Source: Thermoproteota archaeon
GTDB lineage: Archaea > Asgardarchaeota > Jordiarchaeia > Jordiarchaeales > Freyrarchaeaceae
NCBI GenBank assembly: GCA_029258835.1
Contig: JAPDJY010000030.1
Coordinates: 1-64,000 of the forward strand
Direction of reading: 5' to 3'
DNA length: 64,000 nucleotides
Made by a program: the position numbers and the translations under genes. This document shows, piece by piece, positions 8,359 to 18,320 of this stretch (positions are counted from its first letter, which is position 1; each line of letters starts with the position of its first letter). The notes beneath the pieces were generated by a model. It worked only from the letters and a program-made list of their open reading frames with translations, made no database searches and had not been told where the DNA came from.

Positions 8359-9569
8359 AAAAGCCTTCCCCTAAAAACAATGGGCTTCCTTCCCAGCTTA
8401 GGAGGAACCAATTGGTGAAGGCTGATTGGGCTTTAGAGGGGCAGCTAAATGAAATAGCTTCAGAGGTGAGACGCTTCGAGAAAGGAAGAGCAATGCTAGT
8501 AAATTTCTTCAAAAAAATTAAGGAGTATGACTTTTTCGATAATAAAATAAGATCCGCCTTCAGCGACATAATAGAAAGTAAACTGTCTTATCCTGTACTG
8601 CCAGTAGACCTAACGGGACTGAAGGTGGCGGGCGTTGATGGAGGAATGTTAAGCAGAAGCCTCCAAATACTCGACATCGTCCTGGTTAGGGCTGTAGCGG
8701 TAGTTTTTAAGTATGAGGTTGGTGGAAAAGTTAAAGCGTACTATTACCCTAAGGAGTATCCTCTCCCTAAGGTGGTCTTTAACCTGAACCCTCTTTCCCA
8801 AGCTGATTTTGAAGTTTCAGCCAGCCTTGAGCGTCTTTCTTCCGAGCTGGAAGTAGCAATAAAGGTTCAAAGGGAGTATGATATAGACCTCCTCCTCCTA
8901 GATGGCTCATTAATCCCCCAAGTCGCTGACAAACCCTTAAACCCCAGCTTGGAGTCAAAATATCTTAGAGTGGTGGGCTTATTCGAGAAACTTTACAGGA
9001 CGTGTTCAGAGAATGACGTAGCCTTAGCAGGCATAATCAAAGATAGCCGTAGCACCCGCTTCGTTCAAACGGTTTCTAAAGTCACACCATTGGTTGCTCA
9101 GAGAAACAACATAGTTAAAGAAGTGTTATCGTTCGACTACCGTTTCTTCATCCAGAAAATGCTTGACCTAGACTTCCTGTTTAGATTGTTAGATAAGGGT
9201 GAAAGGAGCACAATCCTAAAATACTCGGAAAACCCTGAACTACATCCAACCCTGAAGGACATTAGCGGAGATTGGCGTGATAAAATATACGTCACATATG
9301 TTAAACCCGCAGAGTTCGACATGCCTTTAAGAGTGGAGTTTTTAGCCCTAGGCGACCCAATAACCTCCGCTAGGAAGATCACGTCAGCTGTCATGTCCCT
9401 CTCAAGTCATCATCCTGAGTACGCGCTTCCATCCGTTCAACTAGAAGCTCACGCTCAAGTAAAACTGGCTGAAAAAGAAATGAACTTCATATGCGATCAA
9501 CTTATACACAAAATAGGGCTTCCCCCACATCTGTTCAAGCTTAGAAATAAGTCTTTCCCCCCTTTCTGA
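8355..9569 (+). CDS. nurA: DNA double-strand break repair nuclease NurA
   Basis: AGVDGG, LLLDGS, GIIKDS and YALPSVQLEAH motifs; directly upstream of herA. Start is 8355 or 8415. Confidence 0.85.
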   Translation: MKKPSPKNNGLPSQLRRNQLVKADWALEGQLNEIASEVRRFEKGRAMLVNFFKKIKEYDFFDNKIRSAFSDIIESKLSYPVLPVDLTGLKVAGVDGGMLSRSLQILDIVLVRAVAVVFKYEVGGKVKAYYYPKEYPLPKVVFNLNPLSQADFEVSASLERLSSELEVAIKVQREYDIDLLLLDGSLIPQVADKPLNPSLESKYLRVVGLFEKLYRTCSENDVALAGIIKDSRSTRFVQTVSKVTPLVAQRNNIVKEVLSFDYRFFIQKMLDLDFLFRLLDKGERSTILKYSENPELHPTLKDISGDWRDKIYVTYVKPAEFDMPLRVEFLALGDPITSARKITSAVMSLSSHHPEYALPSVQLEAHAQVKLAEKEMNFICDQLIHKIGLPPHLFKLRNKSFPPF

Positions 9570-9578
9570 GGTGAAAGA

Positions 9579-11069
9579 ATGGATGCCGTCGGAACTGTGA
9601 TATGCACCGACGACGGGCCTACAACTTCTAAGTTCAGTTTTGTCGTGACTTCCTCGGGAGAAAGGCTTATTAGAAAAGGACAGTTTATACAGCTTGAAAC
9701 GGAAGAGGGCTTACTAATAGCCGTCATACAGGAGATACTAAAGACCAACCGCTTTTATTATCATGCCGAAGCAGTTAAAGAACTCGAAAAAGGCGGTGTC
9801 AGCTTTCAATCTGTTTTTCCATGCGATAGGTGGGATATGCTTATAGCGTCAGCCAAGCCCTTAGGCGTTCTCAGGGATGACGGTTTTGACAGGGTAATGT
9901 TTCCTCCTTCCCCAGGAGAAAGAGTTTACCTAGCTGATAGCAAGGTTCTTTCAAAGTTCTTTGGGTTAGATGAAGAAAAAGGGCTGGAAATCGGCTTTAT
10001 GCGGCATAATAACGTACCAGTTAAGATCAACATGACACGTCTTCTTCAGAAGCACCTGGCGATCCTTGCTATGAGCGGCTCGGGGAAGTCCTATCTCGCG
10101 ACGGTTCTCTTAGAAGAACTTCTTTCAAGGCGTAGAGAGGATGGAAGGCTTTTTGCTCTAGTAGTTGACGTCCATGGGGAATATGGGGCTTTAGCTGAAA
10201 GCGGTGAAGCGTATAAATCACGCGTCTCACTTCTTAAGGGTTCTTACGTGCAGCTCGCTACACCCATCCTCACCGAGAGACAGTTAGCCATGTTTCAGCC
10301 CGAAATGACTCCTGTTCAGGTTAGGGAGTTAGGGCGTATTCTTTCAGAAGTGAGGTCATCTAGTAACGGCATGTATTCCCTTTCAGACGTAATATCTTTT
10401 ATCGAAACAGACGAGAAGATTAATCCCAGGACTAAAGATGCTCTCCTAGGGTGGCTTTATGATCTGGAGGACACTAAATTGTTTGGAGTTAATGAAAACC
10501 CTGACCTTGCAAGTTTAGCTAAACCTGGCCACCTTTCAATTCTAGATTTAAGTGAAATACTAAGTCTTAGGATTAAACAGATGATCGTCGGTTATATTGT
10601 TCAACGTTTCTTCGAGCTAAGACGTCGCGGCAGAATCCCTCCTACCCTAATAGTTTTGGAGGAAGCTCATCAGTTCTGTCCAGAGGCTAAGCAAGAACTT
10701 GCTATCTCCAAGAGCGTGATCGAGACTGTGGCGAGGGAGGGCCGGAAATTCCACATGGCCCTCTGCCTAATATCGCAGCGACCTGTGAGGCTTGCAACAA
10801 CAGTTCTTAGCCAAGCTAACACACACATCATTCTCCGTGTAACAAACCCGAACGACCTTAAAGCGATAGAGTTCTCCTCAGAAATGATTACACGAGAAAT
10901 ACTGGGCATGATAGCCGACCTGCCTGTAGGGGAAGCATTAATAGTTGGTAGCGCGGTTAATGCCCCACTTTTCGTTAAAATAAGAAAGAAAAGAACGAAA
11001 GAGTCTATGTATGAAGAAACCATAGAAAACGCTGCTAAGCGATTCGAACTAACCTATGATCTCCAATAA
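9579..11069 (+). CDS. herA: HerA-family ATPase/helicase
   Basis: N-terminal HAS barrel; KHLAILAMSGSGKS, DVHGEY, LEEAHQF, REGRKF and SQRP motifs. Confidence 0.9.
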   Translation: MDAVGTVICTDDGPTTSKFSFVVTSSGERLIRKGQFIQLETEEGLLIAVIQEILKTNRFYYHAEAVKELEKGGVSFQSVFPCDRWDMLIASAKPLGVLRDDGFDRVMFPPSPGERVYLADSKVLSKFFGLDEEKGLEIGFMRHNNVPVKINMTRLLQKHLAILAMSGSGKSYLATVLLEELLSRRREDGRLFALVVDVHGEYGALAESGEAYKSRVSLLKGSYVQLATPILTERQLAMFQPEMTPVQVRELGRILSEVRSSSNGMYSLSDVISFIETDEKINPRTKDALLGWLYDLEDTKLFGVNENPDLASLAKPGHLSILDLSEILSLRIKQMIVGYIVQRFFELRRRGRIPPTLIVLEEAHQFCPEAKQELAISKSVIETVAREGRKFHMALCLISQRPVRLATTVLSQANTHIILRVTNPNDLKAIEFSSEMITREILGMIADLPVGEALIVGSAVNAPLFVKIRKKRTKESMYEETIENAAKRFELTYDLQ

Positions 11070-11099
11070 AAATTATCCTCGGTTAAACTGGTTAGCCTC

Positions 11100-11387
11100 T
11101 TACTCTGAGAGGACTATTACTATTCTCTTCACCGCTGGCTCGCATATTTTCTTAACTCCGTGCTGCCCTGGAGCATAATGGCTTCTTATCAATCCTGCCT
11201 TCTCTAATATTTTAATTTGAGCTGAAATGTTGGCTTCAGTTTGCTTAAGGGTTTCAGCTATTCTACTTACATCCATCTTCTTATTACGAAGAAGCTTCAA
11301 TATCTCCCATCTTGTCTCAGAAGATAGTGCCTTCGCTATTCTCGTCACTTTTTTGTCGTTTACCATTAACTCTTCTTCACTGCTCAT
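11100..11387 (-). CDS. ArsR-family winged-HTH regulator
   Basis: AKALSSETRWEIL...IAETLKQTEANISAQIKILEKAGLI. Confidence 0.85.
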   Translation of the reverse strand: MSSEEELMVNDKKVTRIAKALSSETRWEILKLLRNKKMDVSRIAETLKQTEANISAQIKILEKAGLIRSHYAPGQHGVKKICEPAVKRIVIVLSE

Positions 11388-11617
11388 CCACTTCTCACCG
11401 TGGCTTTTTATTTTTGAAATCCTTTTTTCAAAGCATAATTAACTGTAATAACTTATAAATTTTATCTATATGTTTTTACGAGAGAAAACTAAAAATTTGA
11501 ATTTTCCTTCTTTAAATAACAAAATTTATCCAATATGGAAAATCATTCTTCAGATATTTACAACCGAGAAGAATAAAAAGCCCTCCCTATCTTAGTTGCT
11601 ACTAGGTGAAATGGTAA

Positions 11618-12493
11618 ATGAGGCAATTAGCGAAAAATCTTTGTAGGCTAAATTTCGATGATTACGTAATTCTTTCAATACTTGAAAGAGGAATGGAATC
11701 ATATAATTTTGTCCCAATAGAGTTCATAATGGAAATAGCGCCTTTTAGTGAAGAGAAGGCTTTACGTCATTTAAAGAAGCTTCACGAGTTCAAGCTTGTT
11801 GTAAGGTGGATAGGGGATTACGTGGGATACAGGTTAACGGTTCACGGATATGACGCTTTAGCTTTAAACTCGCTTGTAAATTCGGGTGTGCTCGAGTCAT
11901 TTGGTATAGCGTTAGGTGTAGGAAAGGAATCTGACGTTTACGATGCTGTCACGCCCTCGGGTAGGAGAGTGGTTGTTAAAGCACACAGGATGGGTAGGCC
12001 TAGTTTTATACACGCTAAAAGGGTTAGAGGGTACGTTAACACCTCGTCTCTTCAAAGGGAATGGTTTCACGCATCCCGTAAATCAGCTAAAAGAGAATTT
12101 TCCGTACTAAAGCTTTTAAGTGCTGAAGGTGTAGCCGTCCCAGAGCCAATATCATGCAATAGACATATCGTAGTCATGGACTTTGTAGAAGGAGATGAAC
12201 TTGTTAAATGTAAATTTATACCTAAGCCATATCGTGTTCTCGAGGAAATAATAGAAAACGTACGTTTAGCATACCGGTGCGGCATTATTCACGGTGACCT
12301 AAGCGAGTACAATGTTATTTTAAAACCCGATTTGCATATTGCTTTAATTGACTGGCCTCAGTATGCAGATCTTAACCATCCCTCTTCACAGTACTTGCTC
12401 GAAAGAGATATACGCAATGTGCTGTCCTTTTTTAAACGAAAATTTAACGTAACGTTAGATCTAACCGAGGTTCTAAATTACGTCACCAAATAA
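11618..12493 (+). CDS. rio2: RIO2-type serine/threonine kinase
   Basis: N-terminal wHTH ending GYDALAL; GVGKESDVY, IHGDLSEYNV and IDWPQ motifs. Confidence 0.92.
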   Translation: MRQLAKNLCRLNFDDYVILSILERGMESYNFVPIEFIMEIAPFSEEKALRHLKKLHEFKLVVRWIGDYVGYRLTVHGYDALALNSLVNSGVLESFGIALGVGKESDVYDAVTPSGRRVVVKAHRMGRPSFIHAKRVRGYVNTSSLQREWFHASRKSAKREFSVLKLLSAEGVAVPEPISCNRHIVVMDFVEGDELVKCKFIPKPYRVLEEIIENVRLAYRCGIIHGDLSEYNVILKPDLHIALIDWPQYADLNHPSSQYLLERDIRNVLSFFKRKFNVTLDLTEVLNYVTK

Positions 12494-12548
12494 TTTCTAG
12501 GTTAATTAATAGGCTACTAAATTTCATTGTTCAAGCTGGTGATTCGAG

Positions 12549-14579
12549 TTGGAGGGGACGTTTAAGAAAGTGCTTGGAGTGGACATTCTTCCTATGAGTT
12601 CCCCCTCCTCTAAAATGCCTCCAAAGTATGCTGCCTTCCTTTTAGATGATGGAAAAGGTAGACCATACGATTGTCTCGATAAGAGAAGTCTACTATCCCT
12701 TATAAACAACGTTAAGCCGGATATTATAGCACTAGATAATGTTTTCGAACTGGCCTCAGACCAGAAGGGAATAATTTCCTTCATGACAAGATGCCCCCCT
12801 TCCACCAGGCTGGTGCAAGTAACCGGGTCGCCGGTAGACGGGATGGTGCCTCTTTCAGTTTTAGCCTCCCAAAATGGTTTCCCCGTTGGAAGTTTAACCC
12901 CCCTTAAGGCTGCTGAAATATGTGCTAGGCTTGCCGCCAAGGGTATAGGTTACATTGTGAGGGCATTTGAAGATGAAACGAAAATAGTGATTTCAAGAGG
13001 GCGTTGTCCAGGTCATGGCGGATGGAGTTCAGAACGCTTCAAGAGACGCATGTACAACTTAATTCTCCAGACCACCAAGGAAGTTCAAAGACGCCTAAAC
13101 GAATACGGATTGGAGTATGACCTTTACACCGAAGACGTTGAAGGGGGAATGAAGCATAGCCACTTCATTGTTTACGCCAACAGGAGTAAAGTCGAGCAAG
13201 TTGTTAAACCCTACAGGGGCGACGTAATAATCACCGTCCAACCGATCCTGCTAGAACGACTGGAGTGGATCCCTCTCCTCCCCAGCCCTGGCGTTTCAAC
13301 ATTAAAAAGAGGCCTAATTGTAGGTATCGATCCTGGCATCACCTGCGGCGTTGCAGTACTAGACCTTAACGGTAATCTCCTATTTCTACATAGTGAGAAA
13401 GAGCTCTCGAGGAAGGAGCTTGTTAGAAAACTTACAAGCTTCGGCATCCCTGTTTTGCTTGCCTCAGACGTTTCTCCACCACCAACCTTACTGGAGAAAC
13501 TAGCTGGAATACTGAATTCACGGGTTTTCTATCCTCCAAGGTCTCTCACAGTATCTGAAAAAAGAGAGATCGTACAAAGATATTTAGAGGAGAATCACGT
13601 GAAAATCCAAGATTCACATCAACGGGACGCTTTAGCATCCGCCTTAAAGGCCTTCTATACATTTAAGAATAAGTTCGAGAAGGCTGAAGTACGTGTTAAA
13701 TCTTTAGGTCTCCACGTTCCAATCGACCAGCTGAAGATGATGATCTTAAAGGGTGTTTCCATCTCTGAGGCGATAAACCTTCTTTCAAGCCCTAAAGTTG
13801 AAGAGGAAAGGAAACCCGTACCTTTCCGGCAGCCCAATCTTGACGACTTGCTCAGGAAGCTAAAAGCGTATAGGACTAAGATTAAGGATCTAAGACGTAG
13901 CCTCATCAGAGTTAAAGAGCAAAACCTCCGTTTAGCCTCCGAAGTGAAACGGTTAGAAGAGGAAAACCGCTCCCTAAAGGAAGCGTTAGAGTCCGCCCGT
14001 TTCGAACGTACACCTGAAGAAATCAAGAGGATCATGGAGCGCTACAGAGAGGAAAACAGGCTCCTCCGAAGAGAAATCTTCCAGCTAAAGGATGAACTCT
14101 CAAAGGTGAGACAAGAGCTTGCTAGCATGAAAAGAATGCGAATGATGGAGATAAGAGGTCTCGTGTACCCCCTTAAAGTTATAAAATCCTTCACTCGAAG
14201 TGAAATACATAAAACAGACGAGAAAGTAGGGATAAAAGAAGGAGACATCGTATACTTTTTAGACGGTAGCGGCGGAGGGAAAGCCACGGCATCCATCCTG
14301 ATAGACCGAAAAGTAAAAGCTATTATTTCGAAGACGAAAATGTCCCACATGGCACTCGAAGCCTTTTCAGAAGCCAATATCCCCGTCATATCATCAGGCA
14401 AAATTAACATTAAACAACTTGATGAGTTTGCAGTCGTCGACAAAAAAGAGTTCGATACGATCTTACTGAAGTATTTCGAAGAAAAAGAGAAAACCGAGCA
14501 AAGAAGAAGAGAACTACAACTGGAAGAACTACTGGAAGATTACAGGCGGGAAAGGCAACGTGAACTCAATAGCAAATAA
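12549..14579 (+). CDS. DUF460 domain protein (RNase H-like fold plus long coiled coil)
   Basis: GVDI, LVQVTG, GGWS, IVGIDPGITCG and HQRDALASA motifs; C-terminal coiled coil. Confidence 0.85.
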   Translation: MEGTFKKVLGVDILPMSSPSSKMPPKYAAFLLDDGKGRPYDCLDKRSLLSLINNVKPDIIALDNVFELASDQKGIISFMTRCPPSTRLVQVTGSPVDGMVPLSVLASQNGFPVGSLTPLKAAEICARLAAKGIGYIVRAFEDETKIVISRGRCPGHGGWSSERFKRRMYNLILQTTKEVQRRLNEYGLEYDLYTEDVEGGMKHSHFIVYANRSKVEQVVKPYRGDVIITVQPILLERLEWIPLLPSPGVSTLKRGLIVGIDPGITCGVAVLDLNGNLLFLHSEKELSRKELVRKLTSFGIPVLLASDVSPPPTLLEKLAGILNSRVFYPPRSLTVSEKREIVQRYLEENHVKIQDSHQRDALASALKAFYTFKNKFEKAEVRVKSLGLHVPIDQLKMMILKGVSISEAINLLSSPKVEEERKPVPFRQPNLDDLLRKLKAYRTKIKDLRRSLIRVKEQNLRLASEVKRLEEENRSLKEALESARFERTPEEIKRIMERYREENRLLRREIFQLKDELSKVRQELASMKRMRMMEIRGLVYPLKVIKSFTRSEIHKTDEKVGIKEGDIVYFLDGSGGGKATASILIDRKVKAIISKTKMSHMALEAFSEANIPVISSGKINIKQLDEFAVVDKKEFDTILLKYFEEKEKTEQRRRELQLEELLEDYRRERQRELNSK

Positions 14580-14634
14580 CCATTACAATGCTGCTGAAAC
14601 GAAATTAAAACAAACTATTTACTTTCCGAGGACT

Positions 14635-14889
14635 TTACTTCCTTTCAGCTGGATATTCCTCCGTAAGATCCGGTTTAATAAACAAGATATTGTTTCCTCT
14701 AATAAATACTTCTCCATACCTTGCAATCGGCCCGTCCTCGTCAAGCTCCTCTGCATTCGTGAGGCATAGGTTCATGTAAGAGTCTATGTGGGCTAATCGC
14801 CCTTGAATCATTCTGCCATCTTTTAACTTTACAAGAATGAGGTTGTTAACCGCTTTCTGTAGTACGGCGAGAGGTTGGCTTCCCGACAT
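14635..14889 (-). CDS. Sm-like (LSm) RNA-binding protein
   Basis: VKLKDGRMIQGRL...DSYMNLCL...AEE...IRGNNILFI (Sm1/Sm2 motifs). Confidence 0.93.
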   Translation of the reverse strand: MSGSQPLAVLQKAVNNLILVKLKDGRMIQGRLAHIDSYMNLCLTNAEELDEDGPIARYGEVFIRGNNILFIKPDLTEEYPAERK

Positions 14890-15173
14890 TAGGTTTTCCT
14901 CCATTTGTTTTTCTGTCTTTTGTTATCCGAAAAGAATGCCTATCTTTCATTTAAAAAATTTACTCTTTCCTTTTTATACTGTACTTTTCGTGATTAGTAT
15001 TATGTTACACTATGTTGCTTTCACGATTTACTGTTCGTCCTGTTTGTTTTCTGTGGCTGTCGGTCTTAAACTTGAAGGTTTGTTCTTCTTAAAGGAGATT
15101 AAAAGTTAACCTTTTATAACCTCTATGATGAAGTATCTCTAGCAAGGATGTTCTTTGTTTCGGAGGCGTTGAT

Positions 15174-16478
15174 TTGACAACGAGGATGGAATTAGCTCGT
15201 CGTTCGACTTTGACCGATGAAGTAAAGTCTGTTGCGGAGGAGGAGGATGTCCTTCCTGAAAGGTTGATGCGGTTACTTGGTAGAGGAGAAGTCGTCATAG
15301 TCAGGAATGTGCTGCGTGAGATAAAGCCGTTAGGTTTAGGGAAGGGGTTAAGAACTAAAATTAACGCTAACATTGGTTCCTCACCTAATATTCATGATAT
15401 TGATTTGGAGCTTAGAAAAGCGGAGATTGCTATTAATTATGGTGCAGATACCATAATGGATCTTAGCACGGGAGGAAGCATAGATGCCATAAGGAGGGCG
15501 ATACTGAAAAACGTCAGGGTTCCAGTTGGTACTGTTCCAATATATCAAGCAGGCATAGAGGCTGCCAAGAGGAAAGGTGCCATAGTGGATATGGATGAAG
15601 ATGATATGTTTAATGCTGTTGAACGTCATGCTAAGGATGGTGTCGACTTCGTAACCGTTCATGCAGGGGTGACGAAGAGCAGCTTGAAGCGTCTATTAGA
15701 AAGTAAAAGGATAATTCCAATGGTGAGTAGAGGTGGAACCTTTCATGCTGCTTGGATCCTTCACCACGACAAGGAAAATCCATTCTATGCAAATTACGAT
15801 TACTTGCTTGAAATAGCAAAGGAGTATGATTTAACGTTAAGTTTAGGGGACGGTCTTAGACCTGGATGCATACATGACGCAACAGATCCAGCTCAAATCG
15901 AGGAATTACTGGTTATAAGTCAGCTGGTTGAAAGGGCTAGGGAGAAAGGTGTTCAGGCAATAGTGGAAGGACCCGGCCATGTCCCGATACATGAGGTAGC
16001 TGCAAATGTTCGCCTTCAAAAATCCCTATGTAAAGATGCCCCATTCTACGTTTTAGGTCCTTTAGTTACGGATATAGCTCCAGGATATGACCATATAGTT
16101 GGAGCAATAGGAGGCGCCATAGCTGCCCTAGAAGGCGCAGACTTCTTGTGCTACGTAACCCCAGCGGAACATCTAAGCCTTCCCAGCGAGGAAGATGTTA
16201 AGTTAGGTGTTATCGCCGCGAAAATAGCCGCTCACGTCGCCGACATAGCTAAGCTTGGTGACCGTGCGGCGAAGCGAGACCGTGAAATGGCTGAGGCAAG
16301 AATAAAGCTTAACTGGGAGAAGCAGTTTTCCCTTGCTTTAGACCAGGAAAAAGCAAAATCATACCGTAAGCGCTTTCCAGTCAGCGAGAGATCATGTACC
16401 ATGTGCGGTGAATACTGTGCCATGAAGCTGATATCTGAGGCTTTAGGCAGGAAAGACTTCTCTCGCTTAACCTGTTAA
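15174..16478 (+). CDS. thiC: Phosphomethylpyrimidine synthase
   Basis: TKINANIG, MDLSTGG, GTVPIYQ, SLGDGLRPG, EGPGH and CTMCGEYC motifs. Confidence 0.95.
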   Translation: MTTRMELARRSTLTDEVKSVAEEEDVLPERLMRLLGRGEVVIVRNVLREIKPLGLGKGLRTKINANIGSSPNIHDIDLELRKAEIAINYGADTIMDLSTGGSIDAIRRAILKNVRVPVGTVPIYQAGIEAAKRKGAIVDMDEDDMFNAVERHAKDGVDFVTVHAGVTKSSLKRLLESKRIIPMVSRGGTFHAAWILHHDKENPFYANYDYLLEIAKEYDLTLSLGDGLRPGCIHDATDPAQIEELLVISQLVERAREKGVQAIVEGPGHVPIHEVAANVRLQKSLCKDAPFYVLGPLVTDIAPGYDHIVGAIGGAIAALEGADFLCYVTPAEHLSLPSEEDVKLGVIAAKIAAHVADIAKLGDRAAKRDREMAEARIKLNWEKQFSLALDQEKAKSYRKRFPVSERSCTMCGEYCAMKLISEALGRKDFSRLTC

Positions 16479-16496
16479 CTTCCATAATTTCGCATT

Positions 16497-17207
16497 TTAA
16501 CCTTTCTTAATTAAGAGAGCTATCGGTAAGCTGGCTCTCTGCCAAGCCGAGTATTTCCCTTCATATGTTATATTTACAGGTTCACGGCCATAGGTTCCTA
16601 TTACCACCATTAAAGTATTCGGCTTCGCCTGTCTGTAAAGCACTTTGAGCCAACTGTCTGTTCTTGATATAATCTTTTGAGCGACTTCCTTTGGTGGTTG
16701 AAAGCTATATTGTTTGTAAAGCTCTTCGAAGTCTAGGAAGTGAACCCATAAAAAGTCTGCCTTATTAAGCACCTTAACGGTTTCCACGTAACTTTTATTA
16801 TCTGAGTTGCTGGCTCTAATCTCACCTTCACCGTCTATTACGTTAAGGTCTTCCTTTCTGCCTATCATCACCGCCCTCTTCCCAAGACTTGATATAAAAC
16901 TGAAAAGGTTAAAATCAGCTTTATTCCCGCCATTAACCATTTCTCTAAGGACGTGCGGCGTGTAAGGGTTCTCAGATTCTAATGTTATTATTACCTCGGA
17001 ACTACCTATAATGAACTTAGGCTTATAGTATGTGCACTCAAGTAACCCAAAGTTATCGATCACCACCGTCACAATACGACTGGAAACAAATCTACTCGGC
17101 ACTTCTACCTTGGGTGGAATGTTCCTAGGCGGCTCTATACCCATTAAGCTTAGGAGCGTCGCAGCCATCTGTCTCATTGAACCTTGAAGAGGAATTAAAT
17201 CGCCCAT
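16497..17207 (-). CDS. Hypothetical protein, weak alkaline-phosphatase-superfamily resemblance
   Basis: VVIDNFG and FLWVHFLDF segments; the usual catalytic His/Asp set is not evident. Confidence 0.55.
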   Translation of the reverse strand: MGDLIPLQGSMRQMAATLLSLMGIEPPRNIPPKVEVPSRFVSSRIVTVVIDNFGLLECTYYKPKFIIGSSEVIITLESENPYTPHVLREMVNGGNKADFNLFSFISSLGKRAVMIGRKEDLNVIDGEGEIRASNSDNKSYVETVKVLNKADFLWVHFLDFEELYKQYSFQPPKEVAQKIISRTDSWLKVLYRQAKPNTLMVVIGTYGREPVNITYEGKYSAWQRASLPIALLIKKG

Positions 17208-17390
17208 TCTAATAGACCACCCTCAAGGTGTCTTCCCTTAAGAAATGCCATTTTAAACAACACCACTTAATAATATGAAAAAAGACATAAAAAACTTTAA
17301 AATCAATATTAGTAGGGGCGACGGGAAATTTAGCTTTTTCCTTTCCTCATTTTTGAGTCATTAAAACTCAATAACGTTAAGGTGATTTAA

Positions 17391-17723
17391 ATGTCTGAGA
17401 AATGCGATGATAACACGTTTCAAACGGATGAGCAGGTGAAAGGGCAGGAAATGGGGGCGGCAGCCACCCTATTCTTCCTATGCTTTGTATGTATTATCGG
17501 TTATATCTTAGAGGCATTATGGGCTGGATTATATCCATTCACTATAGTTTATTATAGTGAAACTGTGATTCTACTTTCCCCCCTAGCCCTTCTAGGGCTT
17601 TGCGGTTTAGCGTTGCTCTTTCTAGCCCTAGGAATGTTGAAGGCAGGTTATCCTCGTTCAACGGTGCTTATCATCGCCCTTACAGGGATAAGTTTCATAA
17701 TACTTTTATGGCTTCTCTTGTAG
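17391..17723 (+). CDS. Small hypothetical membrane protein (about 3 TM helices)
   Basis: Three hydrophobic segments; AAGGTGA RBS upstream. Confidence 0.65.
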   Translation: MSEKCDDNTFQTDEQVKGQEMGAAATLFFLCFVCIIGYILEALWAGLYPFTIVYYSETVILLSPLALLGLCGLALLFLALGMLKAGYPRSTVLIIALTGISFIILLWLLL

Positions 17724-17880
17724 TTAGGGGTTCACGCTTGATAGGCTTTTATGGGTAAATGTGGGTTTTGGTCTATCAAGCGTTTCCCCGTCATCGGGCT
17801 AAGCCCTGATGGAGCATTCGGGGTAACCCCGGAGCCCCACATCCGAAGACTCCACCCATAGGCCACCCCGTGGCCAAACC
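17724..17880 (-). ncRNA. Structured non-coding element, probably an orphan IS200/IS605 (TnpB) omega-RNA / PATE-like remnant
   Basis: Four hairpins plus a long-range pseudoknot pairing. The minus strand GATGTGGGG...CCCCGAA resembles archaeal tnpB 3' ends. A TTAAAT box lies about 25 nt upstream. Confidence 0.55.
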
Positions 17881-18320
17881 AACACCCACAAACACCTACC
17901 AAAATTTAACTGCTTCGCAAGGCATCTCGTGTCCCTTTTTCCTCTCTTCTCTTTATTTTTTATTCATTATTGAAAAATTTAAACCTCACTTCTTCCGGAA
18001 ACGGTTTAAAAACGAAAAACGAATACGAGGCGGAAGGCGTGACCTGCGTTAATTAGGTATTGCTTCGTCGTGAAGTTTTAATAGAACACCAAAAATCTTA
18101 CAGTAAACTATTAAACTCTTCTTTTAACCGTTGTTTAAATCATATGAACCTGATATGTCTTTTTTCTCGTCTCCCAAAAATCATAGGAACCAAGCTATTG
18201 TCGGTAATTATAAATGAATTAATTTTTAAGGGTAAATGGTCTCTCCGGAAGGTCTAGAAATATTCTTAAGTACTCTTTTCTTTTTCTTTTCCTAGTTTTC
18301 TTAAGCTGGTGGTGTTGTAG

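Noticed and set aside
14905-15173. TPP riboswitch upstream of thiC
   Set aside because: No CTGAGA/ACCTGA core or GC-rich stems are visible; the leader is AT-rich.
17870-18257. Short ORFs 17870-18052 and 18060-18257
   Set aside because: AT-rich intergenic DNA with no RBS or protein-like features.
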